Source: an uncultured Prevotellaceae bacterium
GTDB lineage: Bacteria > Bacteroidota > Bacteroidia > Bacteroidales > Bacteroidaceae
DNA: 64,000 bases
Reading direction: 5' to 3'
Assembly (NCBI GenBank): GCA_900543815.1
Contig: UQST01000005.1
Span: forward strand, 54,908 to 118,907
Shown: positions 40,747-49,515 of the stretch, piece by piece
Numbering within the stretch: position 1 is the stretch's first letter
How the letters are laid out: each line of letters opens with the position of its first letter
Translations under genes and position numbers: made by a program
The notes under the pieces: model-generated
The model's input: the letters and a program-made list of their open reading frames with translations, nothing else
The model's database searches: none
Told to the model about the DNA's origin: nothing

Positions 40747-41949
40747 ATGGATAATAAGAGAACTATTTCAATAAAAGGACCGATGAGCAACCAACGTTAC
40801 ATGATGCGCGGAGTGAGCGCGGCTAAGGAAGATGTGCACAACGCAATCAAGAACATCGACAAGGGAGTGTTCCCGCAGGCTTTCTGCAAGATAATCCCCG
40901 ATATACTGGGAGGCGACCCCGAGTACTGCTGCATCATGCATGCCGACGGCGCAGGTACCAAGAGCAGTCTGGCCTATACCTACTGGCGCGAGACAGGCGA
41001 CCTGTCGGTGTGGAAGGGTATAGCGCAGGATGCACTCATCATGAACACCGATGACCTGCTGTGCGTGGGTGCTGTGGATAACATCCTTGTGAGCAGTACC
41101 ATCGGACGCAACAAGATGCTTATCCCCGGTGAAGTGATAAGCGCCATCATCAACGGCACGGACGAACTGATGCAGGAGATGCGTGAGATGGGCATCGGAA
41201 TCTATGGCACCGGCGGTGAGACTGCCGATGTGGGCGACCTGGTGCGCACCATCATCGTAGATAGCACAGTGACCTGCCGCATGAAGAGGGCCGATGTGAT
41301 AGACAACGCAAACATCCGTCCGGGCGACGTGATAGTGGGTCTGTCCAGCTGCGGGCAGGCTACCTACGAGAAAGAATACAACGGTGGCATGGGCAGCAAC
41401 GGACTGACCAGCGCCCGTCACGATGTCTTTGCCAAGTATCTGGCAGAGAAATATCCCGAGAGCTATGACAAGGCAGTGCCCGAGGAACTGGTATATAGCG
41501 GCAGCTACCGCCTGGACGATGCCGTGGAAGGCAGTCCGGTGTGTGCCGGCAAACTGGTGCTCTCACCCACACGCACCTATGCTCCCATCATCAAGAAGAT
41601 GCTCGATGAGATGCGTCCGGCCGTTCACGGTATGGTGCACTGCACAGGTGGTGCGCAGACCAAGGTGCTTCACTTCGTGGGCGAAAACTGCCGCGTGGTG
41701 AAGGACAACATGTTCCCAGTACCTCCCCTGTTCCGTGCCATTCAGGAGCAGAGCGGCACAGACTGGGCAGAGATGTACAAGGTGTTCAACATGGGACACC
41801 GCATGGAGATCTACGTTTCACCTGCTGACGCACAGCGCGTGATAGACTTGAGCCGCTCGTTCAATGTGGATGCCCAGATTGTGGGACACATTGAGGAAGG
41901 AAAGAAGAGCCTTGTCATCAAGAGCGAATACGGTACTTTTGAATATTGA
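40747..41949 (+). CDS. purM: AIR synthase-related protein, Bacteroidetes-type phosphoribosylformylglycinamidine cyclo-ligase
   Basis: 400 aa; PurM-like N- and C-domains (DALIMNTDDLLCVGA, GGETADVGD); the alternative start MSNQRY at 40783 is possible. Confidence 0.75.
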   Translation: MDNKRTISIKGPMSNQRYMMRGVSAAKEDVHNAIKNIDKGVFPQAFCKIIPDILGGDPEYCCIMHADGAGTKSSLAYTYWRETGDLSVWKGIAQDALIMNTDDLLCVGAVDNILVSSTIGRNKMLIPGEVISAIINGTDELMQEMREMGIGIYGTGGETADVGDLVRTIIVDSTVTCRMKRADVIDNANIRPGDVIVGLSSCGQATYEKEYNGGMGSNGLTSARHDVFAKYLAEKYPESYDKAVPEELVYSGSYRLDDAVEGSPVCAGKLVLSPTRTYAPIIKKMLDEMRPAVHGMVHCTGGAQTKVLHFVGENCRVVKDNMFPVPPLFRAIQEQSGTDWAEMYKVFNMGHRMEIYVSPADAQRVIDLSRSFNVDAQIVGHIEEGKKSLVIKSEYGTFEY

Positions 41950-41950
41950 T

Positions 41951-43051
41951 ATGGAGATACTCGAAAGACTGGACGGACTTGTGAGCCGCTTCGAAGAGGT
42001 ATCGACGCTCATCACCGATGTGCATGTCATTGCCGACCAGAAGCGTTACGTGAAGCTCACAAAGGAATATAAGGATCTGGGCAAACTGATGGAGGTACGC
42101 AAGGAATATATAGGCTGCCTGCAGAATGTAGAGGATGCCAAGGAGATGTTGGCTATGGAGGAGGATGCAGAGACCAAGGCAATGCTGCGCGAAGAACTCT
42201 CGGCCAGCGAAAAGAGGATACCCGAACTGGAAGAGGAAATCAAGCTCCTGCTCGTGCCAGCCGACCCCGAGGACGGCAAGAACGTCATCATGGAGATACG
42301 TGGAGGCACTGGAGGCGACGAAGCGGCACTCTTTGCCGGCGACCTCTTCCGCATGTATAGCCGTTACATCGAACTTAAGGGATGGAAGATGAGCGTGAGC
42401 AGCAGCAGCGAGGGAGCGGCTGGCGGCTTCAAGGAAATCATCTTCAGCGTCACTGGCGAAGGGGTGTATGGCATCCTGAAGTATGAATCGGGTGTGCACC
42501 GGGTGCAGCGTGTGCCCGCTACCGAGACACAAGGAAGGGTGCACACGAGTGCTGCCACTGTGGCTGTATTGCCCGAGGCCGAGGAGTTTGATGTGGAAAT
42601 CAATGAAGGTGCAATCAAGTGGGATACCTTCCGCAGTAGCGGTGCCGGTGGACAGAACGTGAATAAGGTGGAGTCGGGAGTGCGTGCACGCTACATGTGG
42701 CACAACCCTTTCACCAACGAAGATGAGGAGATTCTCGTGGAGTGTACCGAAACTCGTGACCAACCTAAAAATAAGGAACGCGCGCTTGCACGCCTGCGTA
42801 CCTTTATATATGATAAGGAGCACCAGAAGTATCTGGACGATATCGCCAGCCGCCGAAAGACGATGGTGAGCACAGGTGACCGCAGTGCGAAGATCAGAAC
42901 ATACAACTATCCCCAAGGCCGCATTACCGACCACAGGATAGGTTATACTATATATAACTTGCCGGCCTTTATGGATGGACAGATACAGGACTGCATCGAC
43001 CATCTCATTGTAGCCGAGAATGCAGAACGCTTAAAAGAATCAGAGTTATGA
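41951..43051 (+). CDS. prfA: Peptide chain release factor 1
   Basis: Real start [10 protein letters not shown] at 41951, one nt after the purM stop. PAT tripeptide in [15 protein letters not shown] marks RF1; GGQ in [10 protein letters not shown]. Confidence 0.9.
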   Translation: MEILERLDGLVSRFEEVSTLITDVHVIADQKRYVKLTKEYKDLGKLMEVRKEYIGCLQNVEDAKEMLAMEEDAETKAMLREELSASEKRIPELEEEIKLLLVPADPEDGKNVIMEIRGGTGGDEAALFAGDLFRMYSRYIELKGWKMSVSSSSEGAAGGFKEIIFSVTGEGVYGILKYESGVHRVQRVPATETQGRVHTSAATVAVLPEAEEFDVEINEGAIKWDTFRSSGAGGQNVNKVESGVRARYMWHNPFTNEDEEILVECTETRDQPKNKERALARLRTFIYDKEHQKYLDDIASRRKTMVSTGDRSAKIRTYNYPQGRITDHRIGYTIYNLPAFMDGQIQDCIDHLIVAENAERLKESEL

Positions 43052-43875
43052 CCAGAAAAGAACTCATAGCCAGTATCCAGAGGAAGAGAAGTTTCCTCTG
43101 TGTGGGCCTTGATACGGATCTCAAGAAGGTTCCCGCCCACTTGCTGCAGGAAGAAGATCCCGTGTTTGCCTTCAACAAGGCCATTATCGATGCTACAGCA
43201 CCTTACTGCGTAGCCTATAAACCCAACCTTGCATTCTACGAGAGCATGGGTGTCAAGGGCTGGATAGCCTTTGAGAAGACCGTTGCCTATCTGAGGGAGA
43301 ACTACCCCGACCAGTTCATCATCGCCGATGCCAAGCGTGGTGACATAGGCAATACCAGTGCCATGTATGCACGTACCTTCTTCGAGGAAATGGACCTGGA
43401 TGCTGTCACAGTGGCACCTTACATGGGTGAGGACAGCGTTACACCCTTCCTCGGATATGAAGGCAAGTGGGTCATCCTGCTGGCTCTTACCAGCAACAAG
43501 GGCAGCCACGATTTCCAGCTCACCGAGGATGCTCAGGGCGAGAAGCTCTTTGAGAAGGTGCTCCGCAAGAGCCAGGAGTGGGCTGGCAACGACCAGATGA
43601 TGTATGTGGTAGGCGCCACACAGGGTAAGGCATTCGAGGATATCCGCCGTATCGCACCCAATCACTTCCTGCTCGTACCGGGCATCGGTGCACAGGGAGG
43701 TTCGCTGGAAGAGGTGTGCAAGTATGGTATGACCAGCGAGTGCGGACTGATTGTTAACAGCAGCCGGGCCATTATCTATGCCGACGCAACAGAGCGCTTT
43801 GCCCAGGTGGCAGGCGAGAAGGCGCGTGAGGTGCAGGCTCAGATGGCTCAAGAATTGGATAAATATGGAATTTAG
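43048..43875 (+). CDS. pyrF: Orotidine-5'-phosphate decarboxylase, type 2
   Basis: 275 aa; FLCVGLDTD and [13 protein letters not shown] motifs; 4-nt overlap with the prfA stop. Confidence 0.85.
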   Translation: MTRKELIASIQRKRSFLCVGLDTDLKKVPAHLLQEEDPVFAFNKAIIDATAPYCVAYKPNLAFYESMGVKGWIAFEKTVAYLRENYPDQFIIADAKRGDIGNTSAMYARTFFEEMDLDAVTVAPYMGEDSVTPFLGYEGKWVILLALTSNKGSHDFQLTEDAQGEKLFEKVLRKSQEWAGNDQMMYVVGATQGKAFEDIRRIAPNHFLLVPGIGAQGGSLEEVCKYGMTSECGLIVNSSRAIIYADATERFAQVAGEKAREVQAQMAQELDKYGI

Positions 43876-44911
43876 TGCACAGATGATAGCCGGACTCATT
43901 GGGGGAACCATTGAGGGTAATCCGGATGCGAAGGTCAACAACTTTGCCAAGATCGAGGAGGGAAAGCCTGGTTGTATCAGCTTCCTTGCCAATGACAAGT
44001 ATGAGCATTACATCTACGAGACACTGAGCAGCGTGGTGCTCGTCAACAATAACTTCGAACCCAAGGCTCCTGTAAGCGCTACTCTCATCAGGGTTCCTGA
44101 CGCTCGCGAGGCGGTGGCAAAGCTGCTGCAGGCGTATGAGAGCATGAAGCCCAAGCGCACGGGCATCAGTGACATGGCATTCATCGACTCTACTGCCAAG
44201 GTGGGCAAGGACTGCTACATCGGTCCCTTTGTCTCTATTGCCGAAGGTGTGGAGATAGGTGAGGGCTGCGTGCTTCACCCCCATGTTTGCCTGGGCAAGA
44301 ATGTGAAGGTGGGCGACAATACGGAAATCTACAGCAATGCAGTGGTCTATCACGACTGCAAGATAGGCAGCCGCTGCATCCTGCATGCCGGTTGTGTGAT
44401 AGGTGCAGACGGCTTCGGCTTCCAGCCCACAGAGACTGGGTACGACAAGATACCGCAGATAGGTGTGGCCATCATCGAGGACGATGTGGAGATAGGAGCC
44501 AATACCTGCGTGGATAGAGCCGTTATGGGAGCTACTGTAGTGCACTCCGGTGTCAAGTTGGACAACCTGGTACAGATAGCCCATAATGATGAAATCGGCA
44601 GTCACACCGTGATGTCGGCTCAGGTGGGCATAGCCGGCAGCACCAAGGTGGGCGAGTGGTGTATGTTTGGCGGACAGGTGGGTATCGCCGGTCATGCCAC
44701 TATTGCCAACCGCACAATGGCTGGTGCACAGTCGGGCATCCCCAATACCATCAAGAAGGAAGGAACTGCCATCCAGGGTTCACCCGCCATCGATGGCCGC
44801 AACTTCTGGAAGTCAAGCGCCATCTTCAAGCACCTGCCCGACATGTGGAGCGACCTCAATCGCATGAAGAAGGAGATTGAGGCGCTGAAAGAACAACTGG
44901 AAAACAAGTAA
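43865..44911 (+). CDS. lpxD: UDP-3-O-(3-hydroxyacyl)glucosamine N-acyltransferase
   Basis: Real start [14 protein letters not shown] at 43865 (the track ORF starts at 43751 inside pyrF); left-handed beta-helix hexapeptide repeats. Confidence 0.9.
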   Translation: MEFSAQMIAGLIGGTIEGNPDAKVNNFAKIEEGKPGCISFLANDKYEHYIYETLSSVVLVNNNFEPKAPVSATLIRVPDAREAVAKLLQAYESMKPKRTGISDMAFIDSTAKVGKDCYIGPFVSIAEGVEIGEGCVLHPHVCLGKNVKVGDNTEIYSNAVVYHDCKIGSRCILHAGCVIGADGFGFQPTETGYDKIPQIGVAIIEDDVEIGANTCVDRAVMGATVVHSGVKLDNLVQIAHNDEIGSHTVMSAQVGIAGSTKVGEWCMFGGQVGIAGHATIANRTMAGAQSGIPNTIKKEGTAIQGSPAIDGRNFWKSSAIFKHLPDMWSDLNRMKKEIEALKEQLENK

Positions 44912-44918
44912 AGAAGAC

Positions 44919-46298
44919 ATGTTAAAACAGAATACACTCAAGGAGCAATTCTCACTCAGCGGCAAAGGACTGCACACTGGACTCAACCTCACAGTGACCT
45001 TCATGCCGGCTCCTCCCGACCACGGATACAAGATACAGCGCATCGACATGCCCGGTCAGCCCATCATGGATGCCATTGCCGAGAACGTGATAGACACCCA
45101 GCGTGGAACAGTATTGGGCAAGGGCGAGATGCGTTGCAGCACTGTGGAGCACGCTATGGCCGCTCTCTATGCTCTGGGACTGGACAATGTACTGATACAG
45201 GTGGATGGTCCGGAGTTCCCCATACTGGACGGAAGTGCCGAACTCTATGTGAATGCCATCCAGCGTGTGGGCATTCTGGAGCAGGATGCACCCAAGGACT
45301 TCTACTATATCAACAAGAAGATGGAGTTCCGCGATGAGGCTACAGGTGCATGCATCACTCTGCTGCCCGACGAGGATTTCTCCATCACCAGTATGATCTC
45401 ATTCGAGAGCTCGGTGCTCAGCAGCCAGTTTGCCACCCTCGACAATATGGATAAGTTTGCCACCGAAGTGGCAGCCGCACGCACCTTCGTGTTCGTTCGT
45501 GAGATAGAGCCACTGCTCATGGCAGGACTCATCAAGGGAGGTGACCTTGACAACGCAATTGTCATCTACGAGCACAAGACCACACAGGAAAACCTCGACA
45601 AGCTGTGTCAGCTCACTGGTGCAGAGCGTCATGAGGCATCCGAACTGGGCTATCTGCAGCACAAGCCACTGGTTTGGGACAACGAGCCTGCACGTCACAA
45701 GCTGCTCGACATCATCGGTGACATGGCGCTCATAGGCAAGCCCATCAAGGGTCGTATCATCGCCACCAAGCCTGGTCATACCATCAACAATAAGTTTGCA
45801 CGCATGATGCGCAAGGAGATACGCAAGCATGAAGTGCAGGCTCCATACTATGACCCCAACAAGGAACCCCTCATGGATGTCAACTGCATCCGTCAGATAT
45901 TGCCCCACCGTTACCCCATGCAGCTGGTGGATAAGGTAATCGAGATGAAGGAGCAGAGCATTGTGGCCATCAAGAATGTTACCAGCAATGAGCCTTTCTT
46001 CCAGGGTCATTTCCCCTCCGAACCCGTAATGCCCGGTGTGCTTCAGATAGAGGCAATGGCACAGGCAGGCGGTTTGCTCGTGCTGAGCAAGGTGGATGAT
46101 CCCGAGAAATACAGCACCTACTTCCTGAAGATAGACAACGTGAAGTTCCGCCAGAAGGTGGTGCCCGGCGATACACTTATCTTCAAGGTGGAGATGGCAT
46201 CACCTCTCCGTCACGGAATAGGTACCATGCAGGGTTATGCCTTCATAGGTGAGAACTGCGTGGCAGAGGCTACCTTCACAGCGCAGATAGCCAAGTAA
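44919..46298 (+). CDS. lpxC-fabZ: Bifunctional UDP-3-O-acyl-GlcNAc deacetylase / 3-hydroxyacyl-ACP dehydratase (LpxC-FabZ fusion)
   Basis: 459 aa; N-terminal LpxC (HTGLNLTVTF, zinc-ligand region); C-terminal FabZ hot-dog fold (FFQGHFPSEPVMPGVL); this fusion is the common Bacteroidetes arrangement. Confidence 0.9.
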   Translation: MLKQNTLKEQFSLSGKGLHTGLNLTVTFMPAPPDHGYKIQRIDMPGQPIMDAIAENVIDTQRGTVLGKGEMRCSTVEHAMAALYALGLDNVLIQVDGPEFPILDGSAELYVNAIQRVGILEQDAPKDFYYINKKMEFRDEATGACITLLPDEDFSITSMISFESSVLSSQFATLDNMDKFATEVAAARTFVFVREIEPLLMAGLIKGGDLDNAIVIYEHKTTQENLDKLCQLTGAERHEASELGYLQHKPLVWDNEPARHKLLDIIGDMALIGKPIKGRIIATKPGHTINNKFARMMRKEIRKHEVQAPYYDPNKEPLMDVNCIRQILPHRYPMQLVDKVIEMKEQSIVAIKNVTSNEPFFQGHFPSEPVMPGVLQIEAMAQAGGLLVLSKVDDPEKYSTYFLKIDNVKFRQKVVPGDTLIFKVEMASPLRHGIGTMQGYAFIGENCVAEATFTAQIAK

Positions 46299-46345
46299 GA
46301 GGCGCAACGGCAGGCTCCCGAACGGCAAAAAGGCAGTTTCGGAAA

Positions 46346-46560
46346 GCCATTCTGCTCATCGGCTCCGCTGAGGGATGTGGCTCCCAAAAGCCATCCAGCT
46401 CATTGGCTCCGCTGATGGAAACGACTCCAGAAAGTCATTCGGCTCATTGGCTCTGCTGAGGGATGTGACTCCCAAAAGCTTTTGAGCTTATCGGCTCCGC
46501 AGAGGGAAGCGACTTCTGGAAACCGTTCTGCCAACTGGCTCCTACGTGGAACCCCATTCC
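46346..46560. repeat. Tandem repeat, about 44-45 bp x 4.5 (GCCATTCNGCTCATYGGCTCCGCTGAGGGATGTGRCTCCCAAAA), inside the lpx operon between lpxC-fabZ and lpxA
   Basis: Units read directly: gccattctgctcatcggctccgctgagggatgtggctcccaaaa / gccatccagctcattggctccgctgatggaaacgactccagaaa / gtcattcggctcattggctctgctgagggatgtgactcccaaaa / gcttttgagcttatcggctccgcagagggaagcgacttctggaaa / partial. Confidence 0.6.
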
Positions 46561-46758
46561 TGCCGAGGCAGGAGCAATGAAAGGCAGGCTTGTGAGCCTG
46601 TTTCGATAGACAAAATAGTGATAACAATGGGACTCTCTCAGGGCTGTGCATGCACATTCTTTCCCCCTTGGGGATACATGAGAGAACCCTTAGCCGCACA
46701 AGAACCCCCACTTAGAATGCGGCTCCTCCCCAATGGGGCAGGCGGGGGTAGAGCATCT

Positions 46759-47532
46759 ATGAGTAAAATCAGTCCATTGGCCTACATCCACCCGGAGGCA
46801 AGGATAGGCGAGAATTGCGAGATTGGTGCTTTCTGCTACATCGACAAAGGTGTGGTGATAGGCGACAACAACACGCTGATGAACAGTGTGACGGTGCTCT
46901 ATGGAGCACGCATCGGCAACGGAAACATCTTCTTCCCCGGCGCTGTCATCAGCGCTATTCCCCAGGATCTGAAGTTCAGGGGTGAGGATACAACTGCCGA
47001 GATAGGCGACAACAACAAGATTCGTGAGAACGTGACTATCAACCGCGGAACAGCTGCCAAGGGCAAGACTGTGGTGGGCAGCAACAATCTCCTGATGGAG
47101 GGAGCGCACGTGGCTCACGACGCTAAGGTAGGTAATGAGTGCATCATAGGCAACAGCACCAAGTTGGCAGGCGAGATTGTCATCGATGACAAGGCTATTC
47201 TCAGCGCTTCGGTGCTCATGCACCAGTTCTGCCGAGTAGGCAGCTACTGCATGGTAGGCGGTGGTACACGCTTCAGCCAGAACATTCTCCCCTTCAGTCT
47301 GGTTGCCCGCGATCCCGCCAGCTTCTGCGGTCTGAACGTGGTGGGACTGCGTCGTCGTGGCTTCAGCCGTGAGCTTATCGACAATATCCACCAGGCTTAC
47401 CGCATCATCCTGCAGGATACCGGCAAGCTCAACGACCTGCTGCAGCGCGTGGAGAACGAGATTCCCATGAGTCCCGAAATCCAGTATATCCTCGACTTCA
47501 TCCGCACCAGCGAGCGCGGCTTTATCCGTTAA
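46759..47532 (+). CDS. lpxA: Acyl-ACP--UDP-N-acetylglucosamine O-acyltransferase
   Basis: Real start MSKISPLAYIHPEARIGENCEIG at 46759 (the track ORF starts at 46546 inside the repeat block); hexapeptide-repeat beta-helix. Confidence 0.9.
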   Translation: MSKISPLAYIHPEARIGENCEIGAFCYIDKGVVIGDNNTLMNSVTVLYGARIGNGNIFFPGAVISAIPQDLKFRGEDTTAEIGDNNKIRENVTINRGTAAKGKTVVGSNNLLMEGAHVAHDAKVGNECIIGNSTKLAGEIVIDDKAILSASVLMHQFCRVGSYCMVGGGTRFSQNILPFSLVARDPASFCGLNVVGLRRRGFSRELIDNIHQAYRIILQDTGKLNDLLQRVENEIPMSPEIQYILDFIRTSERGFIR

Positions 47533-47554
47533 GGCTGGCTTAAACCTCATTCCT

Positions 47555-48085
47555 ATGACACTCAGACTTACCCTCTTCAGCCAAGAAGTAGAGGACTTCG
47601 TGGTGGAGATAAAGATTGATGCCGAGGCTACATTCGCCGACCTTCATCGTCTCATACTGGCCGACTGCGGCTATCAGGAGATAGACGGACAGAAGTTCCT
47701 GCTCTGCGATGAGGATTGGCGTGTGGAGAAACAGGTGTGCATGCGTGATGCAGATGCCCGTTCAGAGGAGGATGTCTATCTGATGGAGCATACTGTCATC
47801 GGCGAGCTGATGGATGATGAGGGCCAGCGTCTGGCATATGTCTTCGACCCTGAAGCCAAGCGTTTCTTCCTGATGGAACTCACTGAGAACCTCTTTGGCC
47901 AGCCTGAACCAAAGCCTCGGGTAAGCCGTCGTCACGGCAAAGCCCCTCTGCAGTCGGTGCAGGATGAGGATGAGGCTGCTCCCGCAGCCAATGCCGGTGG
48001 TGCCGAGTCGGGCGAGAGTTTCTACGGAGAGGACGGTTTCGAGGACGAAGAACTTGACCTCGAAGGATTTGAAATCAGTGAGTGA
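47555..48085 (+). CDS. Conserved hypothetical acidic protein
   Basis: 176 aa; highly acidic C-terminal tail (EDEELDLEGFEISE); no recognisable catalytic motif. Confidence 0.55.
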   Translation: MTLRLTLFSQEVEDFVVEIKIDAEATFADLHRLILADCGYQEIDGQKFLLCDEDWRVEKQVCMRDADARSEEDVYLMEHTVIGELMDDEGQRLAYVFDPEAKRFFLMELTENLFGQPEPKPRVSRRHGKAPLQSVQDEDEAAPAANAGGAESGESFYGEDGFEDEELDLEGFEISE

Positions 48086-48101
48086 ACCGGCACCCAGGCA
48101 G

Positions 48102-48998
48102 ATGAACCTGGTGGTGCTCATTGGTCCCACGGCGGTGGGCAAGACGGATGTGGCCCTACATTTGGCCACTTCCCTGTCGTGCCCAGTGCTCAATTGTGAC
48201 AGTCGTCAGATATATCGTGGGATGGATATAGGCACTGCCGCTCCCACGGCAGAAGAGGTGGCACGTGTGAAGCACTACTTCGTGCGCGAACTCGAATTGG
48301 GTCAGGACTACAGCGCAGCCCGCTATGAGCAGGATGCGCTGGCTGTCATCAGCAGCCTCTCAGGCACCCATCACCATGCGGTGCTGTCGGGTGGAAGCAT
48401 GATGTATGTGGATGCCGTGTGCCAGGGCATTGATGATATTCCCACGGTGGATGCCCAAGTGCGTGCCGACCTGAAAGCCCGCTTCGAGCAGGAGGGGCTG
48501 GAGCCTTTGCTCAGGGAGCTGGAACGCCTTGACCCCGAATACTTCAGGATAGTGGATCACAAGAACCACAAAAGGGTCATCCACGCGCTTGAAATCTGCC
48601 ACACGGCAGGTTGCCCCTACAGCCGTTTCCGTGTGCGAGTCACCCGCCAGCGTCCCTTCAACATCATCAAGGTGGGGCTTCGGCGCGAGCGTGAGGAACT
48701 CTTTGCCCGCATCAATGCCCGTGTGGATAGGATGATGGAGCAAGGATTTCTCGAAGAAGCCCGCCGGCTCTATCCACTGCGCCACCTCAATGCGCTCAAC
48801 ACCATCGGCTACAAGGAGATGTTCCGCGTGCTGGATGGCGAATGGGAGTTGCCTATGGCGGTGGAACGGATGAAGAAGAACACGCGCGTGTATGCCAAGA
48901 AGCAGATGACTTGGTATCAGCGCGACGAGAGCATCACTTGGTTTCACCCCGATGACGGGCAGGCTATCCTGCAGCATGTGTTGAACTGCAGCCGGTAG
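48102..48998 (+). CDS. miaA: tRNA dimethylallyltransferase
   Basis: Real start MNLVVLIGPTAVGKTDVALHLA at 48102; P-loop GPTAVGKT. Confidence 0.85.
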   Translation: MNLVVLIGPTAVGKTDVALHLATSLSCPVLNCDSRQIYRGMDIGTAAPTAEEVARVKHYFVRELELGQDYSAARYEQDALAVISSLSGTHHHAVLSGGSMMYVDAVCQGIDDIPTVDAQVRADLKARFEQEGLEPLLRELERLDPEYFRIVDHKNHKRVIHALEICHTAGCPYSRFRVRVTRQRPFNIIKVGLRREREELFARINARVDRMMEQGFLEEARRLYPLRHLNALNTIGYKEMFRVLDGEWELPMAVERMKKNTRVYAKKQMTWYQRDESITWFHPDDGQAILQHVLNCSR

Positions 48999-49175
48999 GG
49001 TAGCACATTGCTCTGCCGGAACAAGCATACAGAAAGACAGAAGCAGTACTGTTGGTTTCCGTTTCCAAGCCTATTGGCCAATTCGTGCCGGTATGCTTGC
49101 ACGTGAAGCCCACAGTACTGCTTTTCTTTTGAGAAAAGGGTAGAGCCGGCACGGGTTGTACAGTTGGGCTGTTGG

Positions 49176-49255
49176 CACAATGCGGTGCGTCGGCCATCGC
49201 AGCGTGCTGTGCTTGTCCTCGCAGCACGCTGCATCGGGCATCGCAGCATAGTGCG
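49176..49255. repeat. Dispersed GC-rich palindromic repeat, copy C, inverted relative to A and B
   Basis: The reverse complement of copy A contains ggccatcgcagcacgctgcatcaggc; copy C contains ggccatcgcagcgtgctg...cgcagcacgctgcatcgggc. Confidence 0.6.
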
Positions 49256-49515
49256 TTTTCGGCATCTCCCATTTGCTGTGTTCGCTGTCACCGCTTGTGT
49301 GGGAATGTTTGCCGTGCCTGCTTGTTCGCGTCGGTCGGCAGCCCCGAGCCGTTTGACATCCTTTCTGCGCCGCTCTCTGCTGTTCTTTCCGTCCCGGATT
49401 GCGTCATTTTAGGGTCTTGGAATTCACTTCCCGGCCCCTTTGGATAGCTTCAGAATGAGCATAAGCAAAAATAGTTGGGCAGAAAGGGCTGTCTGTCCCA
49501 CAAGTTTTATTACTT

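Noticed and set aside
29420-48101. Long N-terminal extensions in the track ORFs for phoH (29420), purC (32407), prfA (41864), lpxD (43751), lpxA (46546), miaA (47964), and for nrdD (to 3613), ilvE (to 21697), cas2 (to 15237)
   Set aside because: The extensions overlap upstream genes or repeat blocks and start at non-conserved residues. Internal ATGs give canonical N-termini and tight, often overlapping, gene junctions. Those starts were used.
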